A stretch of DNA of 63,139 nucleotides, counting the filler, from Octopus bimaculoides (Eukaryota), in assembly GCF_001194135.2 (NCBI RefSeq). It is 7 parts of 7 records of this genome, joined end to end, with 100 filler letters (N's around TTAATTAATTAA, not from the genome) between each part and the next. Parts side by side here need not be neighbours in the genome. Positions count along the whole stretch, not along the records: positions 26,462 to 45,052 come from NC_068987.1; positions 45,153 to 52,306 come from NC_068983.1; 5 more parts are not named here. One strand, 5' to 3'. Positions within the stretch are counted from its first letter, which is position 1. The number at the start of each line of letters is the position of its first letter. The translations under genes and the position numbers were made by a program. Positions 35,878 to 47,040 of the stretch are shown here, in pieces. The notes below the pieces were generated by a model that saw only the letters and a program-made list of their open reading frames with translations, did no database searches and was not told where the DNA came from.

Positions 35878-36215
35878 ACCACCATTACCTGATCTCTTCT
35901 CTCACCCCCCCCCCTTCACTGGGTTGTTCTCTATATATTACCTGCACTCTTTCTCTCTCTCTCCTGGGACAAATGCAACTAGCTCAGTTGCCCACCTACT
36001 TACTGGCTATCTTTCGTTTAGTTTTGTTCTGTCTAGAAATTTGTCACCATCATTACCAGATGTCTCTTCTCTCAACCCCCCCCTCGTCATCAGTGCCATT
36101 TTCTATATAACCTGCACCCCCTCTCTCTCTCCTCAGAAAAATGCAACTAGGTTAGCTGCCCACCTACTTAACCGATTATCTTTTGTTTGTTTCGTTCTGT
36201 CCAGAAATATGCCAA
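35878..36215. repeat. Tandem duplication, ~165-170 bp period
   Basis: ACCA..ATTACC.GAT.TCT..TCTC and AAATGCAACTAG...GCCCACCTACTTA each occur twice. Confidence 0.75.
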
Positions 36216-36339
36216 CAACTACCCAGCAATTTTTCATGCACATATCAAGTGAAGGAAACAGCTAATGGGCTGTATGTGTGTACTTGTTCCTGTCTGATAC
36301 CCTCCCTTTTTTTTATGATGATCATAATACCGCTAGCTC

Positions 36340-38785
36340 CAGTAGGGACAACAATCTTAACACGCTTGAATGTTTGAATGATGTCAGGTCAGAAGTGAGA
36401 ACAGGTGAAGCATGCCTAAAAAACAAACACGACAACCTCCCTCTTCTTTTCAGGTGCTGAATAACATCTCTCCTCCCCATGCCTCACCTCACATTCCATT
36501 CTCAGTTTTCAGAGTTGGCACTGTCAATGTAGGCACACTGAAAGGTAGGTCTAGTGAGATTGTAGAGATGCTTGAAAGGAGACGTGTTGATGTATGCTGC
36601 ATATAAGAGGTATAAAATCTTCTGGCAAGGTAACATGGATAGAGTAGGGGGTGTGGGCATACTCCTTGTAGAGAAATGGGTAGATAAAGTCATAGAGGTT
36701 GTCAGGGTATGCAATAGAATGCTTAAGCTCATGCTAGTCCTGTAGAACAGCACAGCTACAATTATCTCTGCCTACACCCCACAAGCGGGCCTACCAAATG
36801 ATCAGAAGGACCATTTTTATGATACCCTTCTACAGGCTACCTCAAAGATGAGTGGTAATGATCTCATCTTTGCAGCTGGAGATTTTAATGGGCATGTTGG
36901 GCGGCAATCTGGTATCTTCACTGGTGTACACGGGGCCCATGGTATTGGTTCCTGAAACGATGAGGGAACTAGGCTACTGGAGTTCTGTGATGCATGTAAC
37001 CTTTTAATCTGCAACACTAACTTCAGAAAGCCAGACAGCCACCTGATAACCTATCAATCAGGTGACTCTCTGACAGCGGGATGCAGGGTTGCTCTTAAAT
37101 ACAAAGACCCTCCCGGGTGAAGAATGTATCCCCCAGCATAGACTAGTCATTAGTGACTTTAGGCTCAATGCCAGAAGGATGCCAAGAAGCAGACCAATCT
37201 CGAAAAGAAGAATTTGGAAGCTAAAGAATCCTTCACATGCTCAGAGATTTAGGGACATCCTCATCAAGAAATTTGATGAGAGGGAGGAGGAGCTACAGAA
37301 GGTAGCTGGAAATTCCTACGGGATAGCTTACTGAGTGCCACAGACCAAGTCTGCAGATGGTGCAAAGTCCCTTCCAGACCTAGAGTAACATGATGGTGGA
37401 ATAATACAGTAGACAAGACCATTAGAGCAAAGAAACAGGCCTGGAAGGGTAGGGGTAGCAGGGAACTGTACCAGACAGCCAGAAGGGAGGCTGGGCGACA
37501 AGTATACATAGCCAAGTGTGATGCAGAAAAGAAGAAGTTTGCCAATGTCCAACGACGTGAGGACCAAAGAACTGAAGTATTTTGGATAGCAAGACAGTGT
37601 GTGAGAGAAAATTGTGATGTCACAGGAGAGAAATGTGTCTGCATGGATGATGGTGCACTTGTTTTTAATGATTCGGAAAAGAAAGAGGCTTGGAGAAGCC
37701 ATTATGAAAGATTGCTGAATGTGGATAATGAATGGGGGGAGAAGAGCCTACCAAATGTTGACCCTGTAGAGGGACCAGCTATCTGAATAGACAGCACCCT
37801 GGTAAATAAAGCAATTAAGGGTATGAAGTCCGGAAAATCTCCCAGCCCATCAGGAATCACTGCTGAGATGCTTAAAACATGGCATAGTCACCTGCATTGT
37901 AAACCAGGTAGTTCATGATGGAGTCATACCCAATGACTGGCGTAGCAGCACCATAGTCAACTGCTATAAAGGTAAAGGTTATGCTTTAGATAGAAATAAC
38001 TATAGGGGTATCAAACTGCTGGATCAGGTGATGAAGGTCACAGAGAGGGTCATAGCCCAACTAATTAGGGAGAGAGTCTGCTTAGATGAGATGTAGTTCG
38101 GTTTTGTGCCAGGTAGAAGCACCACTGATGCTATATTCCTGGTGCGGCAACTGCAGAAGAAATATCTACCCAAAGATAAATCCCTATACTTGGTTTTTGT
38201 GGACTTGGAAAAAGCCTTTGACAGGGTCCCCCGATCCCTTATCTGGTAGGCGATGCAGAAACTGGGGATTGACGAATGGTTAATAAGGGCTGTACAGGCC
38301 CTATACAGAGATGGAGATGCCGTAAGTAAGGTTAGGGTTGGCAATGAGTATAGTGAAGAATTCCAGGTAGAAGTTTAGAATCAGGTTTAGAATCAAAGGG
38401 CCTTAGAGTCGATGTTGCAAAGACCAAAGTTCTAGTAAGTAGGAAGGCGAACATATCACACACCCCGTCAGGTAGGTAGCCCTGCTCGATCTGTATAAAA
38501 GGTGTAGGTAGAAACTCCATAAGATGTACCTAGTGTAAGCTATAGACACATAAGAGGTGCAGCAACATCAAATGAAGATTAACTGGGAAGATAGCTTTTG
38601 CATGTGGCAGATGCACAGGGGCAATAAACACCACAGATGCTCAGAAAAACAGATTCCATCACTTGCCAGGGGGAGAAACTAGAAGTAGTTGATAGCTTCC
38701 GCTACCTAGGGACCAGGTCTGTAATGGGGGTGGATACTCAGAGAGTGTTACTACTAGAATAAGAATAGCTTGGGCAAAGTTCAGA
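36340..38785 (+). mobile_element. RTE LINE including APE endonuclease; internal deletion removes the RT core; cut at the 3' side by a PLE fragment
   Basis: RVGTVNVGTLKGRS...VDVCCI, AGDFNGHVG, HRLVISDF, FVDLEKAFDRVP; EEFQVEV joins directly to GLESKGL. Confidence 0.92.
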
Positions 38786-38935
38786 AACCCAGGTTTGAAA
38801 TTTCCCCATGACACCTGAAGAAGGCTGGAGGGTATATCAGCTGAAATGTTGTGTTAACAACAAACAAGATGAAGACAAATATCCGTCGAATGTAAATAAT
38901 GTACATAATTCCTCATCTCTTAAAGACAGATTCAT
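38786..38935 (+). mobile_element. Penelope-like pLTR fragment
   Basis: Carries the HHR motif at 38810-38855 and is unrelated to the flanking RTE sequence. Confidence 0.65.
38810..38855 (+). ncRNA. Minimal type I hammerhead ribozyme motif
   Basis: GACAC CUGAAGA A GGCUG (10 nt) CAGCU GAAA UGUU|GUGUU; core intact. Confidence 0.7.
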
Positions 38936-38974
38936 CAAACTGAGCTAACTGGCAGAACTAGGGGTAGACCAAGA

Positions 38975-40210
38975 ATGAGATCATCATCATCCTTTAATGT
39001 CCATTTTCCACACTGGTATGAGTTAGATGGTTTGACCAGAGCTGGCAAGCTGCACCAGGTTCCAATCTGATTTGGCTTGATTTCTATGGTTGGCTCCCAT
39101 TCCTAACGCCAAACACTTTACAGTGTGTGAGGGGTGCTTTTAACATGGCACTGGCACAACTGTTTGTGTGGCACCAGCAAGAGTGCTTTTTACGTGGTAC
39201 CAGCACATGACTCTTAAGAGGCCAATCCTCTTCACCAGGATATGCAGCCTTAACAGTTCTGTAGAGGATGGGTCTTCTTGGGTACAGTAAGGTGTCAGGT
39301 AGCTTGGTCCTTTGTCATCTTATCCAAAAGGTTCAGCATTTTGGTCATCCTTCAGTACTTCATCTCCAGTCTTCCCGGGCTTACCTCTGTGAGTGAATGG
39401 CACTTATTTATGGAGCTGTTGGCATCCATCTGCATCACATGACCAAACCAATGCAGTCTTCTCTCTTGCACACTGCATCTAATTCCTCTTATGTCTAACT
39501 TTTCTTTCAACACACTAATACGCTGTTGCACATGTACATTACACATCCAGCAGGGCATACGAGCCTCATTCCTCTCTAGCATTTGCATATCCTCTGTATT
39601 CAGGACCCACATCTCACTATCATGTAGAATTGCTGTTCATATGCATGCATCAAACAATCTCTCACTTGGAGAGAGAAACCTTTGGTTGCCAACAGAGGTA
39701 AAAGCTCTTTGAATTTCTCCATCCTATTCTTATTCTAGTTATTACACTTTCTGTGCATGCTCCCCCACAATTAATTTGGTCCCTTAGGTAGCAGAAATTA
39801 TCTATCTCCAAAGAGCCTCTGAAACATTTGAGAAAATCGATTTCTTGAGTATCTGTAGTTTTTATGGCTCCTGTGCATCTTCCACATACAAACACTACTT
39901 TCTCTGATAACCTTTGCATATTCCACTATACCTCGTGTGTCCATAACTTACACTGGAATTCCAGGTTTTGCTTCTACATCTGGAACTTCTTTTCTAGCTC
40001 TGATATAGAGTTTGCTATAAGGGCAAGATTGTCAGCATATAGTAGTTACAAGGGGCTATTAGTCTTGAATTATTCTGTTATAGCTTGGAGGACTATGATG
40101 AAAAGTAGGAGGCTGAGCCTTGATGAACACCAAATTCTTTGCTGTACTTATTAACTCTCAACGTACTGACACTGTTCCTGTTCATACATAACCTGTACAG
40201 CTTTCACAAG
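38975..40210 (-). mobile_element. RTE LINE 3' part (diverged subfamily, internal deletions)
   Basis: LERNEARMPCWMCNV...LKEKLDIRGIRCSVQERRLHWFGHV. Confidence 0.85.
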
Positions 40211-40454
40211 CCACTCATCTACTAGCCTCCTCAGAGCCCGGTTGGACAATCCATAATTTCAGTTGATAGCACTTAGGAATCCAGCTGGAAAATCTAATGA
40301 AAAGAGGTGTCTGAAGACTCTACCCCCATGAACTTAACCAGGAATAGTGACAGAGGAGATGGATGAATGGATATATATATGTGTGTGTATTCTGATAGTT
40401 AAACTGGATGTGAACAGCAAACACCCAGTTTAAGTATAACAAAACATGTGGATC

Positions 40455-41905
40455 ATTATCATCGTTTAATGTCTGCTTTCCATGCTGGCATGGGTTGGAC
40501 GGTTTGACTGAGAACTGGCAAGCCAGGAGGCTGCACTAGGCTCCAATCTGATCTGGCAAGGTTTCTACAGCTGGATGCCCTTCCTAACATCAACCACTCC
40601 AAGAGTGTAGTGGGTGCTTTTTACATGCCACCAGCATGAGGTCCAGTCAGGCAGCACTGGCATTGACCACACCTGAATAGCGCATTTTACATGCCAGTCA
40701 GGTGGCACTGGCATTGGTCACAACTACAATTTCACTTGACTCAACAGATCTTCTCAAGCACAGCATATTGCCCAACGACTGAAGGGTACTTTTAAATGTG
40801 TCAGTTATGCGATACTGGCATCAGCCATGGCTATGATCTCACTTGGCTTGCTGGGTCTTCTCAAGCACAGCATATCTCCAAAGGTCTTGGGTGCTTGTCA
40901 TTGCCTCCATGAAGCCCAATACCTTCCACAGGTTCCCTCCACTGTTAGGGTGTGACACTTCTTCACACAGATGTCCTCATCCATACGCAACACATAACCA
41001 TACCAGTGCAGTTGTCCCTCTTGCACACCACATCTGATACTTATGTCCAACTTATCTTTCAGGGTGTTTATACTGTCATGTATGCACACTGACATTACAC
41101 ATCCAGTGGATCATACTAGCTTAATTTCTTTTAAGCCTATGCATGTCCTCAGCAGTCACTGAGCATGGCTGTTTGCACACAGGTATCATACAGTCTACCT
41201 TCCACTCTGAGTGAGAAGCCCTTTGTTACTAGCAGAGGTAGCTCTCTGAACTTTGCCCAGGCTATTCTTATTGTAGCAGCTATGCTCTCAGAGCATCCAC
41301 CCCCGCTACTGACTTGATCACCTAGGTAATGGAAGCTATCAACTACTTCTAGTTTTTCTACCTGGCAAGTGATGGAATCTGTTTTCTGTACATCTTTGGT
41401 GTTTATTGCTCCTGTGCATCTCCTACACACAAAAACTATCTTCTCAGTTAACCCTCTTTTGATATTGCTGCACTTCTTATGTGTCCATTGCTTACATTGA
41501 GTACATCTAATGGAGTTTCTACCCAAGCCTTTTCTACAGATCAAGCAGGGCCTTCTACCGGAAGGGATTTGTGATTTGTCTGCCTTTCTGCTTACTAAGA
41601 CTTTGGTTTTTGTTAGACTGACTCTAAGGCCCTTCAATTCTAGACCTTGCTTCCACACCCGAAAATTCTCTAGTTCTGGTAGTGACTCAGCTATTAGAGC
41701 AAGGTCATCAGCATAGAGGAACACCCAGAGGCAGCTTGTCTTGAATTCCTCTGTTATTGCTTGGAGGACTATGATGAATAAGAGGGGGCTGAGGACTGAT
41801 CCTTGATGAACCCCTACTTCTACCTGGAATTCTTCACTATACTCGTTGCCAACTCTCACCTTACTGACAGCATCCCTGTACATGGCTTGTACAGCTCTCA
41901 CCAAC
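40455..41905 (-). mobile_element. RTE LINE 3' part; 251-codon open stretch containing YADD
   Basis: GVHQGSVLSPLLFIIVLQAI...FLYADDLALIAES (ORF 41149-41904). Confidence 0.95.
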
Positions 41906-41984
41906 CACCAGCTAATACCAAAATAAATGCAAATGTCAGCAGACAGTAAAACTTGAATCCATCACCTTGTTCTTTCTTCTGTAA

Positions 41985-42225
41985 GTCATCATCATCATTA
42001 TTTTTAATGTCTACTTTTCTTGCATTGGTCAGACAAATTTGTTCAGGCAGATTTTCTATATCTGGATGTCTTTCCCGTAATGAACCACCACCTGTTTCCC
42101 AACAAGATAATATTTTCCCTAGGCCAAACATGCTTTCTTGGAAGATTGGAAATGAACAAAATCACTAGTATGATGACGCTGCTCATTTACAACCATTACA
42201 TGATATCAGGACAAGGACACAGGTA
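41985..42225 (-). mobile_element. Short interspersed element with an RTE-like (GAT)n tail
   Basis: CATCATCATTATTTTTAATGTC...CTGGATGTCTTTCC is related to the RTE tail motif. Confidence 0.5.
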
Positions 42226-42244
42226 CACTCGTGTTTAAAAGATG

Positions 42245-42350
42245 ATCTTCTTTCAGTTTCTGTCTACAAAATCCATTTACAAGGATTTGGTCATCCAGAA
42301 GATACTTGCCCAAAGTGGCATGTAGTGGTCTGAACCCAAAACTACCTATG
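42245..42350 (-). mobile_element. SINE family A, partial
   Basis: CTTCTTTCAGTTTCTGTCTACAAAATCC...GATACTTGCCCAAAG. Confidence 0.8.
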
Positions 42351-42547
42351 CCAATAATTATAATTTACATTCCTCAATAAAATCGACTTGAAATATTAAT
42401 GCCTCTATATTTGCACATCCAAGCTTCACTGGCTGCTCATATTTGAAAAATCTATTTTCATATATCTGCACACTTCCTCATACTTAAACATATACATGTT
42501 TTTGCTGTTTAAGCTTAGACTAACCATCAACAAATTTAATTTGACAT

Positions 42548-42710
42548 ATGCATACCTGTGTGGTTCAGAAGTTCACTTTGCAACAATGTGGTTTGGGATT
42601 TAGTCCCACAGTATGGCTCCTTGAGCAAGTGTCTCCTACTATAGCCCAAGGGCTGACTGTTGTCTTGTGAGTTAATAAGGTAGACAGAAACTGTATGGTA
42701 GCCCTTCAAT

Positions 42711-42715
<5 letters not shown>
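42548..42715 (+). mobile_element. SINE family A, CpG-decayed
   Basis: CCTTGAGCAAGTGTCTCCTACTATAGCC...GGTAGACAGAAACTG. Confidence 0.8.
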
Positions 42716-42747
<32 letters not shown>

Positions 42748-42863
42748 ATGTGTTTGTGTGTGTGTGTGTGTGTACATTCATTGGTTTTATAGATTACTAA
42801 AAGAACAAAATTGATAAATTGTTTGAATAAAAGAAAGACTTTATCATTTGAAGCAATCTAATT

Positions 42864-42917
42864 TTATTCTGAATCTTCTTCTTCAGCTTGCTCCAACCAG
42901 TTGATGTATTTCTCTGC
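42864..42917 (-). CDS. EIF2B5: Last coding exon of a W2-domain (eIF5-CTD/eIF2Be/eIF4G-type) translation factor; best guess eIF2B subunit epsilon
   Basis: Strong acceptor (TTTTTCATTTTTCTTTTTCTCTATAG), phase 0, encodes AEKYINWLEQAEEEDSE*. This matches the W2 AA-box 2 pattern [FY]I.WL..AEEE (human EIF2B5 ends LQRFIQWLKEAEEESSEDD). The symbol is tentative; eIF5, BZW and eIF4G are not excluded. Confidence 0.7.
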   Translation of the reverse strand, partial: AEKYINWLEQAEEEDSE

Positions 42918-43299
42918 CTATAGAGAAAAAGAAAAATGAAAAATAACAAAAATATTCAATCAAACACATAACAAACTCATTGTTTGTATAACTATGCACA
43001 TGTTTATAAACACACACACATTTAGCCTCTCTGTGAAAATGTAGGTTTTCTTTTGTGGTCAGAAAAAGAAATTCATCTGACAATTTTCAGCTTTGGTTAA
43101 CCCCTCAAAAGAGATTGTGACCAGAGGTTGGGATCAGAGAATGGATACTACCTTCAAAGGTTTCATTAGCCTTACCAACACTATAACCTATTTCAGTCTG
43201 ATACTTTTATGTGCATATATAAATATATATTTAGAATAATAAGGTAGTCAGAATGTTGGATGATTATATATATATTTTTTATTTACATTTTTAGCATTA

Positions 43300-43685
43300 C
43301 TCTTGCCACCTGTCACACATCAAAAGGAACATTTCATACAGAATGGCAAGACGCATCTGCACCATAGTAACTGACCCACAAATACGTCACATTAGACTTA
43401 ATGAACTCAAAAACTTCTTACAAGAACAAAATTACCCTGTGATGGAATCTTGAAAGCAATGAAGTTAGAATGCACACAACTTAGGACTCACAACTTAAAA
43501 GAGCAAAATTCACATCAGAGAATGAAACAGAATTCTCTGTAAAGGAATGTGGGGACAGTAGATGTGGAATATGCAACAATAACTACAAATATATAGATGG
43601 GGACACCCACATAAAATTTAAGAGTGGATTCTTATTCAAAGTAAATGCAAATATGAACTGCAAGACACAAAACCTCATAACTATG
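43300..43685 (+). mobile_element. Penelope-like element ORF fragment (RT thumb to Zn linker)
   Basis: SCHLSHIKRNISYRMARRICTIVTD...RLNELKNFLQEQNYP; CGDSRCGIC; FKVNANMNCKTQNLI. Confidence 0.8.
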
Positions 43686-44079
43686 TATTCTTTTGAAATT
43701 CCACCTATAAGAATTCTATATGAATTTGATTGTATATATGTTAAATATGATCTCAAACTATTGCTAAAACCTTTTTACCATGTTGGACCTTTCAAAACAC
43801 TCCAGATTCCGAAATTCTATAAGGACAGCTGCTTTTCCTCTTTTGTATTTGGCTATCTCTCTCTCTCTTTCTCATTTAGAAAATTCTAGGTTGGAGCTTT
43901 AAAATATATTCAAAACAAAACAGCAAACCAGAAATAGATGAATTTGGAAATATAATCATGACAGCATTGTATATTGCTTTTTATTGCACTCTGAAGGACA
44001 AATACTTGGACAAAAATCAACAGTAGTAGCTAAAATGACCAAAACATTCCAAATTTATTTAACCACAGAGATGAATCTT

Positions 44080-44126
<47 letters not shown>

Positions 44127-44155
44127 CTATATATATATCTATATATATATATATC

Positions 44156-44174
<19 letters not shown>

Positions 44175-44187
<13 letters not shown>

Positions 44188-44480
44188 AAACTAAGAATGT
44201 GTGTGTGTGTGTGTATGTCTGTAAGCGTGCATCACTAAAACTTGAGAACTACCCAACTGATTTCATTCAAATTTTACACATGCACTACTTAGGGTCCATG
44301 GAGTGTCATGAACCAAAAAATTTTTCAACTTCTTGCCTAATGCAAGCCTGGAGCAATTTCTTACACTGTTTTGGGATTATGTGTCAAAAGTGAAACAATA
44401 ACATCTCTACTGTAATGTCAGATAATAGTTTCACTATGTATATAATATACTAGAAGAGGCACCCAGCGTTGCCCAGGAAT
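44175..44480. mobile_element. Helentron/HINE-like element (+, 44175-44449) abutting a Helitron 3' end (-, CTAG 44450-44453)
   Basis: TATAAAACTAAGAATG(TG)n...AACTACCCAACTGATTTCATTCAAATTTT; the minus strand reads CTGGGCAACGCTGGG...CTAG-T. Confidence 0.6.
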
Positions 44481-44759
44481 GAAATTTTTCCTTATATATT
44501 GGAAGAAAAAAGCAAAATATGTTGTACAGAAATTTGTTATTCTAAATTCAATTTATTCTTCAACTGGGATAAAATTTATTCTTTAATTTGGAAATCAATT
44601 CTGAATTCATAATACAAAATAATAATAATGATGATGATAATAATAAACGAAAATACAAAATTTACTACTTTTATGAAAGGAGATAAATTCTACCACATGT
44701 GTTGAAGGAAATTATATATGAGCTTCTGTGTAAACAACATTCTTTGTTTTCTGGTTTGG

Positions 44760-45052
44760 AGCATAGACAAATAAGTCTTGCAAACTACCTAACTTGGAGC
44801 AACCAACATAAAGAGCATTTGAGACACAATGCTTTATGAGTACAAAAAAGGAAACTCTGCAGCCGAAGCAACTCGAAACAGGCACTCAGTTTATGGGAAA
44901 GAAGGCTTGAATGAAAGAACTTGCAGATGTTTTGCAAAATTCAGAAGTGGAGATTTCAGCCTTGAAGATGAAGATCGAACAGGATGTCCAGTTGAGTTTG
45001 ATGATAAGCTCCTTGAGGCATTACTTGAAGAAAATCCTCCATTATGAGTTGA
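44760..45052 (+). mobile_element. mariner transposase N-terminal fragment (related to the 30180 element)
   Basis: MLYEYKKGNSAAEATRN...VYG...FRSGDFSLEDEDRTG.P. Confidence 0.88.
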
Positions 45053-45267
45053 NNNNNNNNNNNNNNNNNNNNNNNNNNNNNNNNNNNNNNNNNNNNTTAA
45101 TTAATTAANNNNNNNNNNNNNNNNNNNNNNNNNNNNNNNNNNNNNNNNNNNNTATATATATATATATATTTTCCTACATATATGTATATACACGTACATT
45201 TATATCGTTGTGTTCAGTGACGTTAGTAGGTATTACGTTTAGAGTGCGATACACAAACGTACTAACA

Positions 45268-45480
45268 CGGTGAGCTGGCAGGAACGTTAGCACGCCGGAC
45301 GAGATGCTTAGCGGCATTTTGTCTGTCTTTACGTTCTGAGTTCAAATTCCGCCAATGTTGACTTTGCCTTTCATCCTTTCGGGTGTCGATAAATTAAGTA
45401 ACAGTTGCGTACTGGGGTCGATCTAATCTACTGGCCCGCACCCCAAAATTTCGGGCCTTGTACCTAGAGTAGAAAACAAT
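45268..45480 (+). mobile_element. SINE family B
   Basis: GAGCTGGCAGGAACGTTAGCACGCCGG...GACTTTGCCTTTCATCCTTTCGGG. Confidence 0.9.
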
Positions 45481-45841
45481 ATAGTCATCTACATATAATC
45501 CATCCATCCATCCATCCATCCACCCGCCCATCCATCCAGACACACATATGTTTGCGAGTGTTTATGTGTGTGTGAATCTGTCGGGGTCTGAAGCACGCAG
45601 TATTGTATAACTTTTGTACATGTGGTTACGTGTATGGATGCGTGCATACAATGCATAAATATTGACAATATGTGTGTGCGTATGTGTGTATACATGCGTA
45701 AATATTGACAAAATATTCATGTTAGAAATTATATTGGGCAAAGTGTATTTATATATATTTTCTTTTGTAGATGAAGATAAGAACAAATTGATGCCTGTAT
45801 TTGCACGATTCTATTTATGTATGAATATATGTTTGTGTACG

Positions 45842-45896
<55 letters not shown>

Positions 45897-45939
45897 TTAT
45901 TTATTTATTTATTTATCTGTATGCATGTATGTATTCTTC

Positions 45940-46178
45940 TATTGTTTACTTGTTTCAGGCATTTGACTGCGGCTAAGCTGGAGCACCGCCTTTATGTCGA
46001 ACACATCGACCCTAGGACTTATCCTTTGCACACCTAGTATTTATTCTATCTGTCTCTTTTGCCTAACCGCTAAGTTACGGGTACGTAAGCACACCAACAT
46101 TGATTGACAAACACAGCCACGCTGTTGGATTGAACCCCAAAGAATGATTTTGAAGCAAACTCCTTACACACAGCCACG

Positions 46179-46180
<2 letters not shown>
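45940..46180 (-). mobile_element. SINE-A head joined directly to the D module (internally deleted composite SINE)
   Basis: CGTGGCTGTGTGTAAGGAGTTTGCTTC...then GTAACTTAGCGGTTAGGCAAAAGAGAC...GGCGGTGCTCCAGC; CACAGCCACG repeated at the junction. Confidence 0.75.
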
Positions 46181-46209
<29 letters not shown>

Positions 46210-46499
46210 ANNNNNNNNNNNNNNNNNNNNNNNNNNNNNNNNNNNNNNNNNNNNNNNNNNNNNNNNNNNNNNNNNNNNNNNNNNNNNNNNNNNNNNNNNN
46301 NNNNNNNNNNNNNNNNNNNNNNNNNNNNNNNNNNNNNNNNNNNNNNNNNNNNNNNNNNNNNNNNNNNNNNNNNNNNNNNNNNNNNNNNNNNNNNNNNNNN
46401 NNNNNNNNNNNNNNNNNNNNNNNNNNNNNNNNNNNNNNNNNNNNNNNNNNNNNNNNNNNNNNNNNNNNNNNNNNNNNNNNNNNNNNNNNNNNNNNNNNN

Positions 46500-46544
<45 letters not shown>

Positions 46545-46734
46545 TGTGTGTGTGTATGTGTGTGTGTGTGTATATGCATGTATGTATGTTTGTATGTTTA
46601 TGGTATATATGTATGGATGGATTTATGTATGTATATATGCAAGTATTCATTATATATATATCTCTCTCTTTCACTCTGTCTATCTCTCACTTTCTATGCA
46701 CACACATACACACACATATTGGTATTCCGTCAGT

Positions 46735-47040
46735 TACGACAACGAGTATTCCAGTCGATCCGATCAACGGAACAGCCTTTTTCGTGAAATTAAAGTGCAA
46801 GTGGCTAAGCACACCTCAGACACGTGTACCCCTAACATAGTTCTCAGGGAATTTCAGCGTGACACAGAATGTGACAAGACTGGGCCCCCTTTTAAATACA
46901 GGTACAACTTATTTTTGCCAGGTGAGCGAACTGGAGCAACGTGAAATAAATTGTCTTGCTCAGAGACACAACGCACTGCTGGGTATCGAACTGACGATCT
47001 TACGATCGGGAACCGGATAGCCTAACTACAAAGCTACGCA
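46735..47040 (-). mobile_element. SINE family C variant with a different 3' body
   Basis: TTTCACGTTGCTCCAG...GGCAAAAAT is shared with 7105; the downstream part differs. Confidence 0.7.
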
